From the NCBI GenBank assembly GCA_964016885.1, contig OZ024741.1:51088001-51152000 (forward strand): a DNA stretch of 64,000 nucleotides, given 5' to 3'. The stretch is from Eledone cirrhosa (taxonomy: Eukaryota). Numbering within the stretch: the stretch's first letter is position 1; every line of letters begins with the position of its first letter. Below the pieces are notes generated by a model. The model searched no databases and was not told the origin of the DNA. It was given only the letters and a program-made list of their open reading frames with translations. Both the position numbers and the translations under genes were made by a program. This document shows, one piece after another, positions 26,304 to 38,149 of the stretch.

Positions 26304-26850
26304 ACTAGCAGTAGTACCCGGCGTTGCACGGGATAAGGTATTTTGGAACGCGGGCCACCAACAGACCTAATCGTGGAAAAACTGCATGCCTGGACAATAT
26401 GTAAAGAAAATAAACCGAATACTCTGATGGCTGGATAATCTTTAAGATTTTCCTCGATGAAGCAAGAAAAATGCAGGTTTTCACCTAATGCTGGCCCTAA
26501 GGGATCAAGAAAATGAATTCTTTTTATGTGCATAATATGCCTTGAAATTTCGGGAAAGTTGGCTAGACGTAACGCCTCAAAAGAGCCCTAAAAAGCTGAA
26601 AAAATGAAGTTTTTCACCTAATGCGGGCCCTAGGCTATAAAAAAGTTGGATTTTCTTTGCTCACGGTATAAAGAAGAGACTGACTAATACATAGTTACAA
26701 TTTCAAGGAAATCGGTCTGACGTCACACCTCAAAAAAACCTTAAAAAGCTGAAAAAAACGCAGTTTTTCACCTAATGCGGGCCCTAGAAGATCAAAATGT
26801 TGGCCATCACCATCATTTTGTTCTAGCGGAAAGTCAGATGGTCATCTAAA
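26304..26850 (+). mobile_element. Possible Helentron-associated (HINE/DINE-like) element with three internal subrepeats
   Basis: Starts ACTAGCAGTAGTACCCGGCGTTGCACGGG (subterminal hairpin); TTTTCACCTAATGC.GGCCCTA repeated at ~26478, ~26611, ~26765. Confidence 0.45.
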
Positions 26851-26915
26851 AAACACAGCGTTATGAGGCTGCTTGCTTGCAAACGAATCGAATATTATTA
26901 TCATTCGATATAAAA

Positions 26916-27133
26916 GGGCAGTGGATTGGCAGTATCGGTAGAGAGTCGGATACCATGCATTGCAGCATAGAGTTACGGCCGTTTACGGTCTGAGTTCAAA
27001 TCCCGCCGAGGTTAACTTTGCCTTTCATCTTTACGGGGTCGATAAAATAAAGCACCAGTAACGTACTGGGGTCGATTTAATCGACTTTCCCCTCCCCCAA
27101 ATTACTGGCCGTGTGCCTATACTAGAAATCATT
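26916..27133 (+). mobile_element. Full-length SINE family S with 13-bp TSD
   Basis: TSD ATTCGATATAAAA at 26903-26915 and 27134-27146; A/B boxes. Confidence 0.9.
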
Positions 27134-27384
27134 ATTCGATATAAAACTCTCGAATGCATTCATGTATCCGCTATGTAAGAGCGAAAAACCAAATTCTAAA
27201 GATGACATATCTATCCTATATCTTGGGGCTGCTATTGGAATTAGTGGTTTGTTGTAGGCATTGTTCTTGTTCAAAAGTAGGTACATGTGTCGGTAAATAG
27301 AGAGGTGAGAAGGTAGAAAGATAGATAGAGAGTTAAGTAGTAGAGAGATAGACAGACAGATAGGCAAATAGGTACAGATATGTG

Positions 27385-27482
<98 letters not shown>

Positions 27483-27756
27483 AAGACAGACAGACAGTCA
27501 GTCAGAGAGACAGATAGATTGATAGAGAGAGAGAAAGAAAGAGAGAGAGAGATACAAAGATAAACAAACAGACAGACAGACAGACATAATCTTCTCCCCT
27601 GACATGGTTTCAAGAATATATATACACTCATGTGTGTATATATATATAAACATGACAAATATTTATATCTACGTTTTTTTTATATATTTTTTTATATATA
27701 TATTATCCTTATCGAGCCCTGTTCGGATTTTAGTCTTCACATTTATTATTATTACT

Positions 27757-27942
27757 GGTGAATTGGTAGTATCGGTAGAGGGTTGGACGCCATGCTTTCT
27801 AGCATAATTACGTCCCTTTACAGTCTGAGTTCAAATCCAGCCGAGGTTAACTTTGCCTTTCATCCTTACGGGGTCGATAAAATAAAGTACCAGTAATGTA
27901 CTGGGTAATTGCTGGCCTTGTGCCTAAAGTAGAAACAATTAT

Positions 27943-27946
<4 letters not shown>
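27757..27946 (+). mobile_element. SINE family S
   Basis: Near-identical to 8287-8472. Confidence 0.85.
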
Positions 27947-27992
<46 letters not shown>

Positions 27993-28155
27993 AAAATTTC
28001 GCTCTACATGGCCGAATACAATAAATGTAATCTGAGTCTTTCGGATATTAATAATAACATTCGATTCGTTTGCAATTATGCAAACAAGCCTCAATTTTAT
28101 AGCCATGTCAGTAGAATGAAGACTTCATTCTTGCTCTTGTGTTGGCATGCGAACA

Positions 28156-28202
28156 GAACTGCAGACACTAATGTTTCTGGGCACCCTTCATCAGTACAGC
28201 TC
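28156..28202 (-). ncRNA. Type I hammerhead motif with GUC cleavage triplet
   Basis: GAGCTGTA-CTGATGA-AGGGTGCCCA-GAAA-CATTAGTG-TC-TGCAGTTC; 8-bp stem I including G-U pairs. Confidence 0.75.
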
Positions 28203-28243
28203 ACTGTTCACCTGCCAAACTGTCAGAGCTATATATATATATA

Positions 28244-29043
28244 AATGAAAATAGACCGAGAAACGGGACTGTCCATCATCAGTAGTCTGCTGATTATCAT
28301 TGGTATTTCTTCACATTAAAGACTAGATACTCAAAATCAGTGCGAGCGATAACTAAAATGAGTTATCGGGACAGAGCGAATTGGAAGGGGAAAGTAAACA
28401 AACAACATAGTAGTAATGCAACCTAAAGAGAGGAAAAGAGATACAAGTTAATGATACTAGTGGACTTAAGTCCGAACAAATCAATCGACGAGAAGAGGCA
28501 GGCACGTCCGAGCCGCGCGAAAAGTGAGTGAAAAGGATTTCACACAGGTCAGACGGAAGGAAGTGAGAGAGGGGGAGTAGCAGAGAGTGAGTGAGTGAAA
28601 GTGTGAGGAAGAGGCCAACCGAGAATGTGTGACCAGCAGAGGGGGTGAAAGAAAGCAAGAGGTACAAGGAGAGAGAAGGGGTAGAGAGAAAGAGGATAGC
28701 AGTAAGGTGATAGAAAAAATACGAACCACAGCGAGGGGAAAAAATTTATGTAAATGAAACAATGGCGTTCTGCGTTGTTGCGAATGGCCTCTTCTCGTCG
28801 ATTGATTTGTTCGGACCTAAGTCCACAATATTCATTGACTTGTCTCTCTTTTCCTCTCTTTAGGTTGCATTACTACTATGTTGTTTGTTTACTTTCCCCT
28901 TCCAATTCGCTCTGTCCCGATAACTCATTTTAGTTATCGCTCGCACTGATTTTGAAGTATCTAGTCTTTAATGCGAAGAAATACCAATGATTATCAGCAG
29001 ACTACTGATGATGGACAGTCCCGTTTCTCGGTCTATTTTCATT
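28244..29043. repeat. Inverted repeat, ~255-bp arms, ~290-bp spacer
   Basis: 28244-28499 is the reverse complement of 28787-29043 with a handful of mismatches. Confidence 0.9.
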
Positions 29044-29158
29044 CATATGTATTACATTCGCAACAGCGCAGCACGCCATTTTTTCCATGATATATATATA
29101 TATATATATATATATCAATGATATTAATAAATGGAAGCTAAATTTATAAAACCATATT

Positions 29159-29218
29159 TATTCTATTATATATTTCAAGGGTACCAAAACTTTTGGTACG
29201 CACTCATCAGATAAAATA
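29159..29218 (-). ncRNA. Type I minimal hammerhead motif (family A, inverted arm)
   Basis: TATTTTAT-CTGATGA-GTGCGTACCAAAAGTTTTGGTACCCTT-GAAA-TATA-TA-ATAGAATA. Confidence 0.75.
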
Positions 29219-29294
29219 CAAAGTTTGTTTTATAAATATTGACATATCCAGGAACGAGATCTTAACGGTTCAAGTTTTTCCTAAACAAACTTTG

Positions 29295-29355
29295 TATTTT
29301 ATCTGATGAGAGCGTACCAAAGTTTTGGTACTCCTGAAATATATATAATAGAATA
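29295..29355 (+). ncRNA. Type I minimal hammerhead motif (family A)
   Basis: TATTTTAT-CTGATGA-GAGCGTACCAAAGTTTTGGTACTCCT-GAAA-TATATA-TA-ATAGAATA. Confidence 0.8.
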
Positions 29356-29494
29356 AATATGGTTTTATAAATATAGTTTCCATTTATTAATATCATTGAT
29401 ATTATACTCATTGATATAAAACTTGTCGAGTGCTTCGAATCAGTTATAAATATATATATTAGTTGAATTACCAACAAATTAAATATCCCTTTTG

Positions 29495-29532
<38 letters not shown>

Positions 29533-29535
<3 letters not shown>

Positions 29536-29717
29536 CAAAGGAAGTGTGGTAGGGAACCAGGTGGACCATAACGCACCAGAGTACTCAGTACTTAGGGTAG
29601 TAGAGTGGTTCAAGACCCCGACGGCAGAGCTCAAGCCGTTTCGACGGCTATTCCTGGACTAGAAATAGCCTTCGAAACGGCTTGAGCTCTGCCGTCGGGG
29701 TCTTGAACATTTTCCTA
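29533..29717 (-). mobile_element. Family H fold-back repeat
   Basis: Family tail plus hairpin 29609-29708. Confidence 0.8.
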
Positions 29718-29865
29718 TATATATAAATGTGAACAAGCTGTTGAAACGGGGAGAGGTCAGCAGTCAATCCCCGATTCTGTGTATTGTAGTCATACTCTAC
29801 TATCCCAAGTATCGACTACTCTTTTGAAAGGTCTACCTAGCTTAAAACTGGTTCTATCTATCCTG

Positions 29866-29903
<38 letters not shown>

Positions 29904-29938
29904 AGTAAAGAAAGTGTGTTCTTCTCACGGCATATTTG

Positions 29939-29991
<53 letters not shown>

Positions 29992-30641
29992 ACAAATATA
30001 CCGCAAGAAGAACACACTTTCTTTTGAATCACCCTGTTCAAGAAATACCATTGAGTGTTCATATTGGTGCCACCTCCAGCAATCAACAATTACTGTGTAT
30101 ATGTTTCAGCGTATGTAGGTAGATACGTATGTATTACGTATGTATGAATGTATGTATATATGCATGTATGTATGTTTCTATGTATGCATGTACGTGCATA
30201 TGCAAGAATGTATGTATGTATGTATATTTATATGTACGTATGTGTGTATGTTTGTATGTATGCATGTATGTACGTATGTATGTATATTTGTATGTTTGTA
30301 TGTACTGTACATAAACATATGTGTATCTGCATGTACACTCACACACATTCATGCACATTTACACATATACATGTCTGTGTGCGTCTTCTTACGTTTTGAA
30401 GCCAAATGCATCTATTTTATCGTCGCCAATCAAACGTTTTCATGTGAATGTTCATTAATTTAATTTCAAAAAATTAATAATTTAATAATCACTTTATTTC
30501 ATGGGGTCGTGTAAACCATCTTGTTGTTTTATTTAACTAAACCTCTTTCTCTAGATGACTGGCGGGCTACAATAATTCACACACATTAGTAACTAAACAT
30601 AGTTTTTGAAAATTCAGAAACGGAGCGTTTGCGGTTTATTT

Positions 30642-30790
30642 GGCTTCAATCATTTGACTGCAGCCATGCTGGAGCACAACAGCTCTAAAGGGGATTTAAT
30701 TGATCGCGTCAACCTCAGTACTTATTTGTCTTCTAGTCACACACTCTTTTGTCGAACTGCTAGGTTACCGGACATAAACACAGACAGACA
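30642..30790 (-). mobile_element. Diverged SINE-like repeat (also 48993-49145, partial 42808-42862)
   Basis: Shared TTTCAGTCAT...CTGCGGCCATGCTGGAG...TTTTGTCGAA..AAACACAGACA; resembles an abundant octopus SINE (recognition from memory). Confidence 0.55.
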
Positions 30791-30829
30791 CAAACGTAAA
30801 CACACACACACATATATATATATATATAT

Positions 30830-31790
30830 CTTTCTCTTAATTTTGCGTATATTTTTTGACCGGCCACCTTCCTGGTGGCAAGGTTGTAAAAGAAAAGAAA
30901 TTGTCATCCCTTGAATCGCAAGATTGTTTTGCAAATTTTGAAGGTGCCAGCTATCGCAGGCATTTGTAGACTATGAATTAGGGAGCTGCGCTCTTTGTCC
31001 GCAAATCCAAGTTCAGTCATACTTTGGTCCAAACGGGTTGGTATATAACCCGTAGCTCCAATAATAATGGGTATGAAGCTAAAGGTGTATCTTGGATACT
31101 GGATTTGCAAACTCCTCATCAATGGTCCGTAGATGTCCTACTTCTGTATTTTTCTGACAACGTTTACATCAAGTGGGCAGCTGATCTCCACAACAGAACA
31201 CGTTTTCAATGTGTGATCCCAAACAACAATATCAGGCCGGTTGTGCTTTAATTTGGTGGCAGTTTTTATTTTCAGGTTCCACCAGTATTCCTTAGTGCCA
31301 TCTGTCTCAATATATTCTTCCTCGTTTGTTGTTAATTTTGTTTTCCGAAGTGCGTTCCAGATGGTTCTAGCTATCCCATCGTGTCTCATGGGAGGTAGTA
31401 ACGAGATGACATTCTTTCGCAGCTGGCAACAATGTGGCTTACATCCTCGATCTTTGTTTTACATAGCCTACATTTATTGTCAGCTGATGACCCTCCCCTT
31501 TTGTGCAGCAGATATTTGGTAGGGAGTTCTTGTTCCTGTATTGCATAGAGATATCCATCAAAGTGTGATGTCATAAACTTGTCGGAACTCCATGCCAGGC
31601 TTTTTGAGTGGTTTATCCCCTCTATGGTCTGTGTTTTACGCCTCAAGTATCCATGCACAACTTTTTCTGTAAATTGGTCAATTTTTTCATCTTGTTTGAA
31701 CATTGAATAGGATCTTCCGATTTCTCTGGGTGAGAGATTTATATCAGGCTTTATTCCATATCTCTCCTCCAGATCAGTGGCTATTCTAAT
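30830..31790 (-). mobile_element. R4/Dong-clade LINE 3' fragment (zinc knuckle + restriction-like endonuclease), frameshifted
   Basis: HGY...AIQEQ..CRLCKTKIEDVSHIVASC..RHD..YWW..HNRPDIVVWD..VVEISCP..IPIIIGATG across ORFs 31386-31703, 31138-31389, 30904-31122. Confidence 0.9.
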
Positions 31791-31896
31791 GATATTTTTT
31801 TTTCATGCTCATAAACCTGGGCAAGATGGTTGCCAACCTTTTTCCTCTGTTGAAGGTGTTGCTTCAGTGTTACTATCCGGGTCTCATATGATGTTA

Positions 31897-31927
<31 letters not shown>

Positions 31928-31933
31928 TGTATG

Positions 31934-32014
<81 letters not shown>

Positions 32015-32430
32015 TGTATATATATATATATACTGTATATATATATATATAGTTGTTGTAGGGTTGCAGGTAAATGAGTCCTTAGGCAGTATGCCGGTTG
32101 AGCACTCGATGCTCGCGCAGAGCAGAGTATATTATTATAGATAACGAGGAATCAGTAATGCATCAAACCACAATTTATTAAACAATTATATATATATATA
32201 TATATATATATAGTTATGTAATAAACAACATAAGATAATTATTTCATTTACCAGTGGTTTCTTGAAACGCCCCACACCCTTCCACCACCTGTTTTACTTC
32301 ATGTTTATTTTTATTTTTATTATGCTTTTATATTTAATTTCATTTGTACCATTTCCTCTCACCCCCTTTTTTCTATATGTCTCTCCACCACTCCCCTACA
32401 CACCCTTGGAACTCTCTTCCCACACACTTT

Positions 32431-32465
32431 TCACCTGAAGAAGGGCTTATGCCCGAAACGACGTT
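32431..32465 (+). ncRNA. Partial hammerhead motif in a Penelope-like terminal segment (32192-32555; tail also at 56217-56308 inverted)
   Basis: CTGAAGA-AGGGC TTAT GCCC-GAAA-CGACG-TT; 3' strand of stem I not found. Confidence 0.5.
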
Positions 32466-32550
32466 CCCCACCACCACCCCACTCTCAAGAGCGTTAAACT
32501 AATAAACCTTTGTTCGTACTGCCTCTCTCTTTTGTTCCCGTTCAATTTTT

Positions 32551-32634
<84 letters not shown>

Positions 32635-32839
32635 TCAGCTGTAGAAATGAGTTGCGATGTCACTGGTGTCAAGCTGTATCAACCATTGCCTTTCCCTTGG
32701 ACATCATCGGTGGCGTGGAGAGGGAAGTCTGGTATGAATGGACGACTGGTGGTCTTCCACAAACAACCTTGCCTGGACTTGTGCCTCGGAGGGGAACTTT
32801 CTAGGTGCAAATCCCATGGTCATTCGTGACCGAAGGGGG

Positions 32840-32897
<58 letters not shown>

Positions 32898-33254
32898 AGG
32901 GCTTCTGCAATTTCCATTAACCAATTTTCTCAAAGAATGCATTGGTCAACCAGGGACCCCGGAACCGAACCTATTGTAGAATGCATTTCCCCAGAAGGCC
33001 ATGTGTTGTACACGAGACCACATGTTTGCGAAGTCAATTCCATAACCACGCATCCTTACGGTGTTTATACGTAATGACAGTGAATACATTGAAAATTAAC
33101 AAGCGCAATAATAAATATATTTGAAACTTTTCTTTACCATACATGGTAACTGGAAATCATTCGGCTATTCGAAAATGATTTTTTCATAACAAAAATATGA
33201 TGTTTTCATAGCAAGAAATTGTTCTTCTTTCTCCACATAATGACGTAATAGTAA

Positions 33255-33440
33255 TGACTGTTGCAGCAAGTGTCTCTAGTCATTGTCCGTGGAAATGCTT
33301 TTGCGGTCTTGTCCGCAGGGTGCAGACCCAACACCGCCCGAGGCTTAGAGCCCATCACCCTCCCACTTTCCCCTGCCATTCTTCTGTGACCCTAGAGCCC
33401 TTGCCTTTCCCTCTCTTTTCCCTTTATTAGTTTAATTGAA
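33255..33440 (+). mobile_element. CRE-clade LINE extreme 3' fragment
   Basis: LQQVSLVIVRGNAFAVLSAG, near-identical to 42410-42470, then a pyrimidine-rich 3' UTR. Confidence 0.65.
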
Positions 33441-33737
33441 GTTGCCATCAATTCTTTCATTTATCCTTGTGTTATGCATGAGAAACTAAAACTAAACAAT
33501 GCTGTAATATAGGAAATCTAATTTAGTACAGTAGAGTTTAAGCTGACTTTACTTGGTATATGTAATTGGATAGACGGGGGAAAATGTTAATAAGTCGTTA
33601 ATGAAATAAAATTTTACGCACACACGCTCACATACACACACATATATATGGAAGTATGTGAGCAAATATATGTGCTACATACATATATACATATATATGT
33701 ATATAAATATATATATACATATATATTTATACATATA

Positions 33738-33887
<150 letters not shown>

Positions 33888-34495
33888 GTCCTCTGCCTTC
33901 AGACAGGTTGTGTTCCAGAAAGATTGTACGAGCTGGATTTCCGAATCTTGAGTCATTGAATAACCCATCAATTGTGACAGTTAAGTTTCTGTGGACAGTT
34001 TTCACACTTCAAACATTCATTATGAACCCTTATGCATGTTACAGGGCCATTAGGTTCATTTTGAAAATCCCTTGACATAGGATTATAAAATTAAAGGACA
34101 ATAAAACTTAATTAATAAAATGTTTTACTGATATAATTATACAATAGTTTATTTGGATTAATTATCAATAACATTATTTATTGTAAGGTGTAATTTTACC
34201 CGTTCACCCTGAGTAGATACTCTTAAAAGTGTTAAATTTTCATCATTTAATTTTATAAATTTGGTATATATTTTATAAAATACAACGTGAAACTGCCCTA
34301 CTTAATGTAAAGGGTATAATATTAATAACACCAATGATAAAGATCGCATTTAAATATAGAAAGACATAATGGTATCGCGCGAAAGTCTTCAATGTAGTTA
34401 CAGCTATGAATTTGCAGATTTTCAAATATTATCGGTTTTCTTTATTTTTTATTTTTAAATCAAGAGTTTCCTGAACATATTTCATATCGTTTGAT

Positions 34496-34760
34496 TAAGG
34501 GAGTTTGTATGATGCCGTATTTTTATGAATAGCTCTTACAAACCTGACCATATTTAGTATCCTCTTGATAAGGGAGTTTGTAAGACTGTATTGTTATCAA
34601 TAGCTCTACAAACCTGAACATATATTTAGTACTCTCTTGATAAGGGAGTTTGTAAGACTGTATTGTTATCAATAGCTCTACAAACCTGAACATATATTTA
34701 GTACTCTCTTGATAAGGGAGTTTGTAAGACTCAGTATTGTTATGACTAGCTCTACAAATT
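34496..34760. repeat. 72-bp tandem repeat, ~3.7 copies
   Basis: TAAGGGAGTTTGTA starts at 34496, 34569, 34641, 34713. Confidence 0.9.
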
Positions 34761-35238
34761 TGTCAACATCTTTCTGAATTTCAGTCATATGCTTCAGTTA
34801 TGCTTCAGTATATTGTTTACGATCTTTTCAAGGCATGAAAAAGTTTCATTTATTTTCTTGCCATTCATACTTCCAAGGTCGATAAGATAAAGTACCAGTT
34901 AAGAACTGGGGTCGATATAATCGACTTTGCCCTTTCCCAACAAATTGCTGGTCTTGAGCCTAAATTAAAAAGAAAGAATTAATTTTCTTCCTTGTCAAAA
35001 TTTTGATAGGTGTGGTTTTCTTAGCGTCGTCGACATCATCGTCATCATCATCATCGTCATCATCATCATCATCACCATCATCATCGTCATTACCATCATC
35101 ATCGTCATAATCATCATCATCGCCATCAGCATCCTCATCCTCCTCCTCCTCATCATCATCATCATTCATTCATTCTTTTGAATGAAACCGTTCTAGTCCT
35201 GTAGAAGCCATTTCTATATTAAACATGATATATATATA

Positions 35239-35921
35239 TATATATCATAAAACATGTCTATAGAATCACAAGATAAAATATATACTATTTCCTCTCCCAA
35301 TTAGCATAATTAACTATATAAAAAATCGAATAGACTAGGCTATACGAATGAGGCTTCTATGAAGGAATCTCCGACAAATAACCAAAACTAGCGCTTCGCT
35401 TCGGCCGTAGTGGAATATTTATCGAATATTTCGACAGCGTAATCGCCTAGATACAGTCAACTAAGCAGAATTAGGTTTAAAATAAACTAGGAGAAAATAG
35501 AATACATTTAAATACCTCTACCATGGTTTCGTCCGTGTTTTGAGTTTTCCAATAATTATGTAATAATTATATAAACTCGAGCGCCGGATTCTTCAGGAAG
35601 CTCGCTCATATCTAGACATTAAATTTTCCAAAACGATCGCGCCAAGAATTCATTTCAAAATGGCTAAAAATCGTGACGTAGTCGCGGTCAAGTTGGAAGG
35701 GGTGTGGTAGTTGCTTACGACTGGTGGCATTTTTGCTAGAAAGCACAGCACAATACAGCCAAATTTTTATCTCAACCTAGTGGGAGATTATTACATATAA
35801 AAGTTTACATATATATATATACATACACATACATATACGTGTTTTGCAACCGGTCACTTTGTGGCTCAATGAAAAATTAATAAATTAAACAATCAGAGCT
35901 ATATATCATAAAACATGTCTA
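35239..35921 (-). mobile_element. Hammerhead-bearing cassette with 22-bp terminal direct repeat (3' part also at 6937-7140)
   Basis: TATATATCATAAAACATGTCTA at 35239-35260 and 35900-35921; homologous terminus at 7135-7150. Confidence 0.6.
35515..35600 (-). ncRNA. Type I minimal hammerhead motif with long stem II
   Basis: CTTC-CTGAAGA-ATCCG...GAGTTT...AAACTC...CGGAC-GAAA-CCATGG(palindrome)-TA-GAGG. Confidence 0.7.
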
Positions 35922-36074
35922 CAATATACTGTACCGATTGTGTTGTTATTTCTATTTACCTTTTACAATTATATATATATATATATATATATATTTATGT
36001 ATGTATATATGTATATATGTATATATATGTATATATAATATATAAGATCAAAAGATGGTTAAAGAAGTTCCATG

Positions 36075-36145
36075 TATTTTATTATGCGCATTTCAAAAAC
36101 AAACATCATCATACAATAATATTTGTGTTTTCATCAGATAAAACA
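36075..36145 (-). ncRNA. Type I minimal hammerhead motif (inverted arm)
   Basis: Reverse complement of 36242-36312. Confidence 0.75.
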
Positions 36146-36241
36146 GGAGAACATGATATGAAGGTTAAAAAACACTTGTGGATAGTGCAGTTTTAAATCA
36201 ACATATGTTGATTTAAAACTGCACTATCCACAAGTTTCTCC

Positions 36242-36312
36242 TGTTTTATCTGATGAAAACACAAATATTATTGTATGATGATGTTTGTTTTTGAAATGCG
36301 CATAATAAAATA
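36242..36312 (+). ncRNA. Type I minimal hammerhead motif
   Basis: TGTTTTAT-CTGATGA-AAACACAAATAT...ATGTTTGTTTTT-GAAA-TGCGCA(palindrome)-TA-ATAAAATA. Confidence 0.8.
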
Positions 36313-36388
36313 CATGGAACTTCTTTAACCATCTTTTGATCTTATATATTATATATACATATATATACATATATACATATATACATAC

Positions 36389-36428
<40 letters not shown>

Positions 36429-36579
36429 GTAAAAGGTAAATAGAAATAACAACACAATCGGTACAGTATATTGAAGGTTAACACTTGAAATAGTATATAC
36501 ATAGTGGTCAGAGACTCTCAGGAGAGCTGGACAGCAGAAGGTGTTTAGAGAAGAAACCCCCATCCTCAAGCGACTGTTT

Positions 36580-37330
36580 CGGCTCTGAACTTCCTTACAT
36601 TTTGGCATAATTTTCTTACAGCAATCTTATACTGTTAATTCTTTTATCTCATCAGACTTCAATATCATTGATAACATTCCAGATACTGTACTGTTTCTGG
36701 AACCCTTTCACGTTAGATCCATCTTTATTTTCAGTTGCTTTGATGTCTAATAGTTTAGTTCCCCTCATATACTCTCGGTTCTTGAATAATCGCCACCCCC
36801 GTCCCCCGCTTATTAATTTTTCAGGGTTTTTTTCCACCCCCACTTATTAGATTTTGCTAATTTATCACCGGCGAATTTTATTTTAAGTAAAATTAATTTT
36901 CTTTATACATTATAAAAACATTATACATGCAAAAAAAGTACATTACTAGAAATTCCATGCGTTATAAAATAAATAGGATGAGATGGGGGTCTAAATATGT
37001 AAACTAAACGACTAATTCTGGTTTTAAAAAAACATTACCTAGACCCCCGTACTTATTCTACCACTCTGCTTATTCCACCCTATCCCTACAGTTTATTCCC
37101 CGCCGCTTATTCCAACCGCGTATTATTTAGGACCCGAGAGTAATGTGCCTTGAAGGTTGATATCACTGTTTGATCTATTCGCTGAATTTCACTTGTGATA
37201 TTTGAAGGTGAAATACCACATAAATTTCTGTAAAACTTTAGCATGGGTAGGAGTATAATTTAAAACTAACAATTCCTTAAATGATAAATTACTCCTAGCA
37301 CATTATACTTTGACTGCAGGAACAATAATA
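36580..37330 (-). pseudogene. Tigger/pogo-type DDE transposase fragment, interrupted by a MITE
   Basis: With the MITE and one TA removed, minus strand reads PAVKV*CARSNLSFKELLVLNYTPTH...PSNITSEIQRIDQTVISTFKAHYMR...KGFQKQYSIWNVINDI, matching the DDE_1 consensus LDNAP.H...LP.NTTS.IQP.DQGVI..FK..Y. Confidence 0.75.
36772..37140 (+). mobile_element. MITE with terminal inverted repeats and TA TSD
   Basis: TA|CTCTCGGTTCTTGAATAAT ... ATTATTTAGGACCCGAGAG|TA; its removal restores the host transposase frame. Confidence 0.85.
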
Positions 37331-37369
37331 ATAGCCTTCTTTATTTTTATTAGGCCTGTGGATTTTAAA

Positions 37370-37600
37370 GGGAGGTGGATTGGCAGTATGGATAGGCCGT
37401 TGAATACCATGCTTTGCAGCATAGAGTTGCGTCAATTTTCATCGCTTTACGTTCTGGGTTCAAATCCCGCCGAAGTTAGCTTTACCTTTCATTCTTACGG
37501 GGTCGATAAAATAAAGTACCAGTAACGGACTGGGGGTCGATTTAATCGACTTTCCCCTACCTCAAAGTTGTGGCATTGTGCCTAAATCAGAACCTATTAT
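37370..37600 (+). mobile_element. SINE family S
   Basis: A/B boxes and family body. Confidence 0.85.
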
Positions 37601-38149
37601 TTATATGAAGCCTACACTTCAACAAGCGATGTCATTTTTACGTTTATTGTTTTATTAATTTTGGCCAAAGCAATATATAAAAAGGCCTTTCAACGCTTCT
37701 TTTGTATAAGGATATCGCTTAGTGTGTAACTGTCATGGCGTCGGTTTGTTTACAAACTCAAATGAGTTGAAATCGTCTACAGGACTGTCGCACATGCGCG
37801 TTGATTTTGATGTACAGAGAGTATTCTGTGTATGGAGTCTATTTTATTGTAGTATATCTTTGACAAAGCTGTAGTATATAAAAACAATGTTGGCATACAA
37901 TATATTTGAGAATATTATAACATCGTGCCTTTAAAAAAGATGAGAATGAAGAAATAATAGCATAAATTTCATAGGTCAAATTCGGATTGGTAAAAATAAA
38001 ATTACGAATGTCAGAACTTACGAGGTACGGAGTTTAAATCAGGGGAGACAATTTATAGTGTTTGAAAGTCTGAGGAAAGCAAAAGTTGAATGGACCAAAC
38101 TTAAGGACTGCCTTTATATATAAATATATATCTTAGTCATAGTTTTAGG

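Larger units (their letters stand above)
35922..36473. repeat. ~550-bp palindrome containing two hammerheads
   Basis: Arms pair about the centre CAACATATGTTG (~36205); left arm has ~22 extra nt (36152-36173). Confidence 0.9.

Noticed and set aside
34960-35169. Poly-Asp ORF suggesting an acidic protein exon
   Set aside because: Degenerate (TCA)n microsatellite beside repeat fragments; no supporting exons or clear splice context.
35239-35921. 22-bp direct repeat read as a target-site duplication
   Set aside because: The same sequence terminates the homologous copy at 7135-7150, so it is element terminus, not host target.
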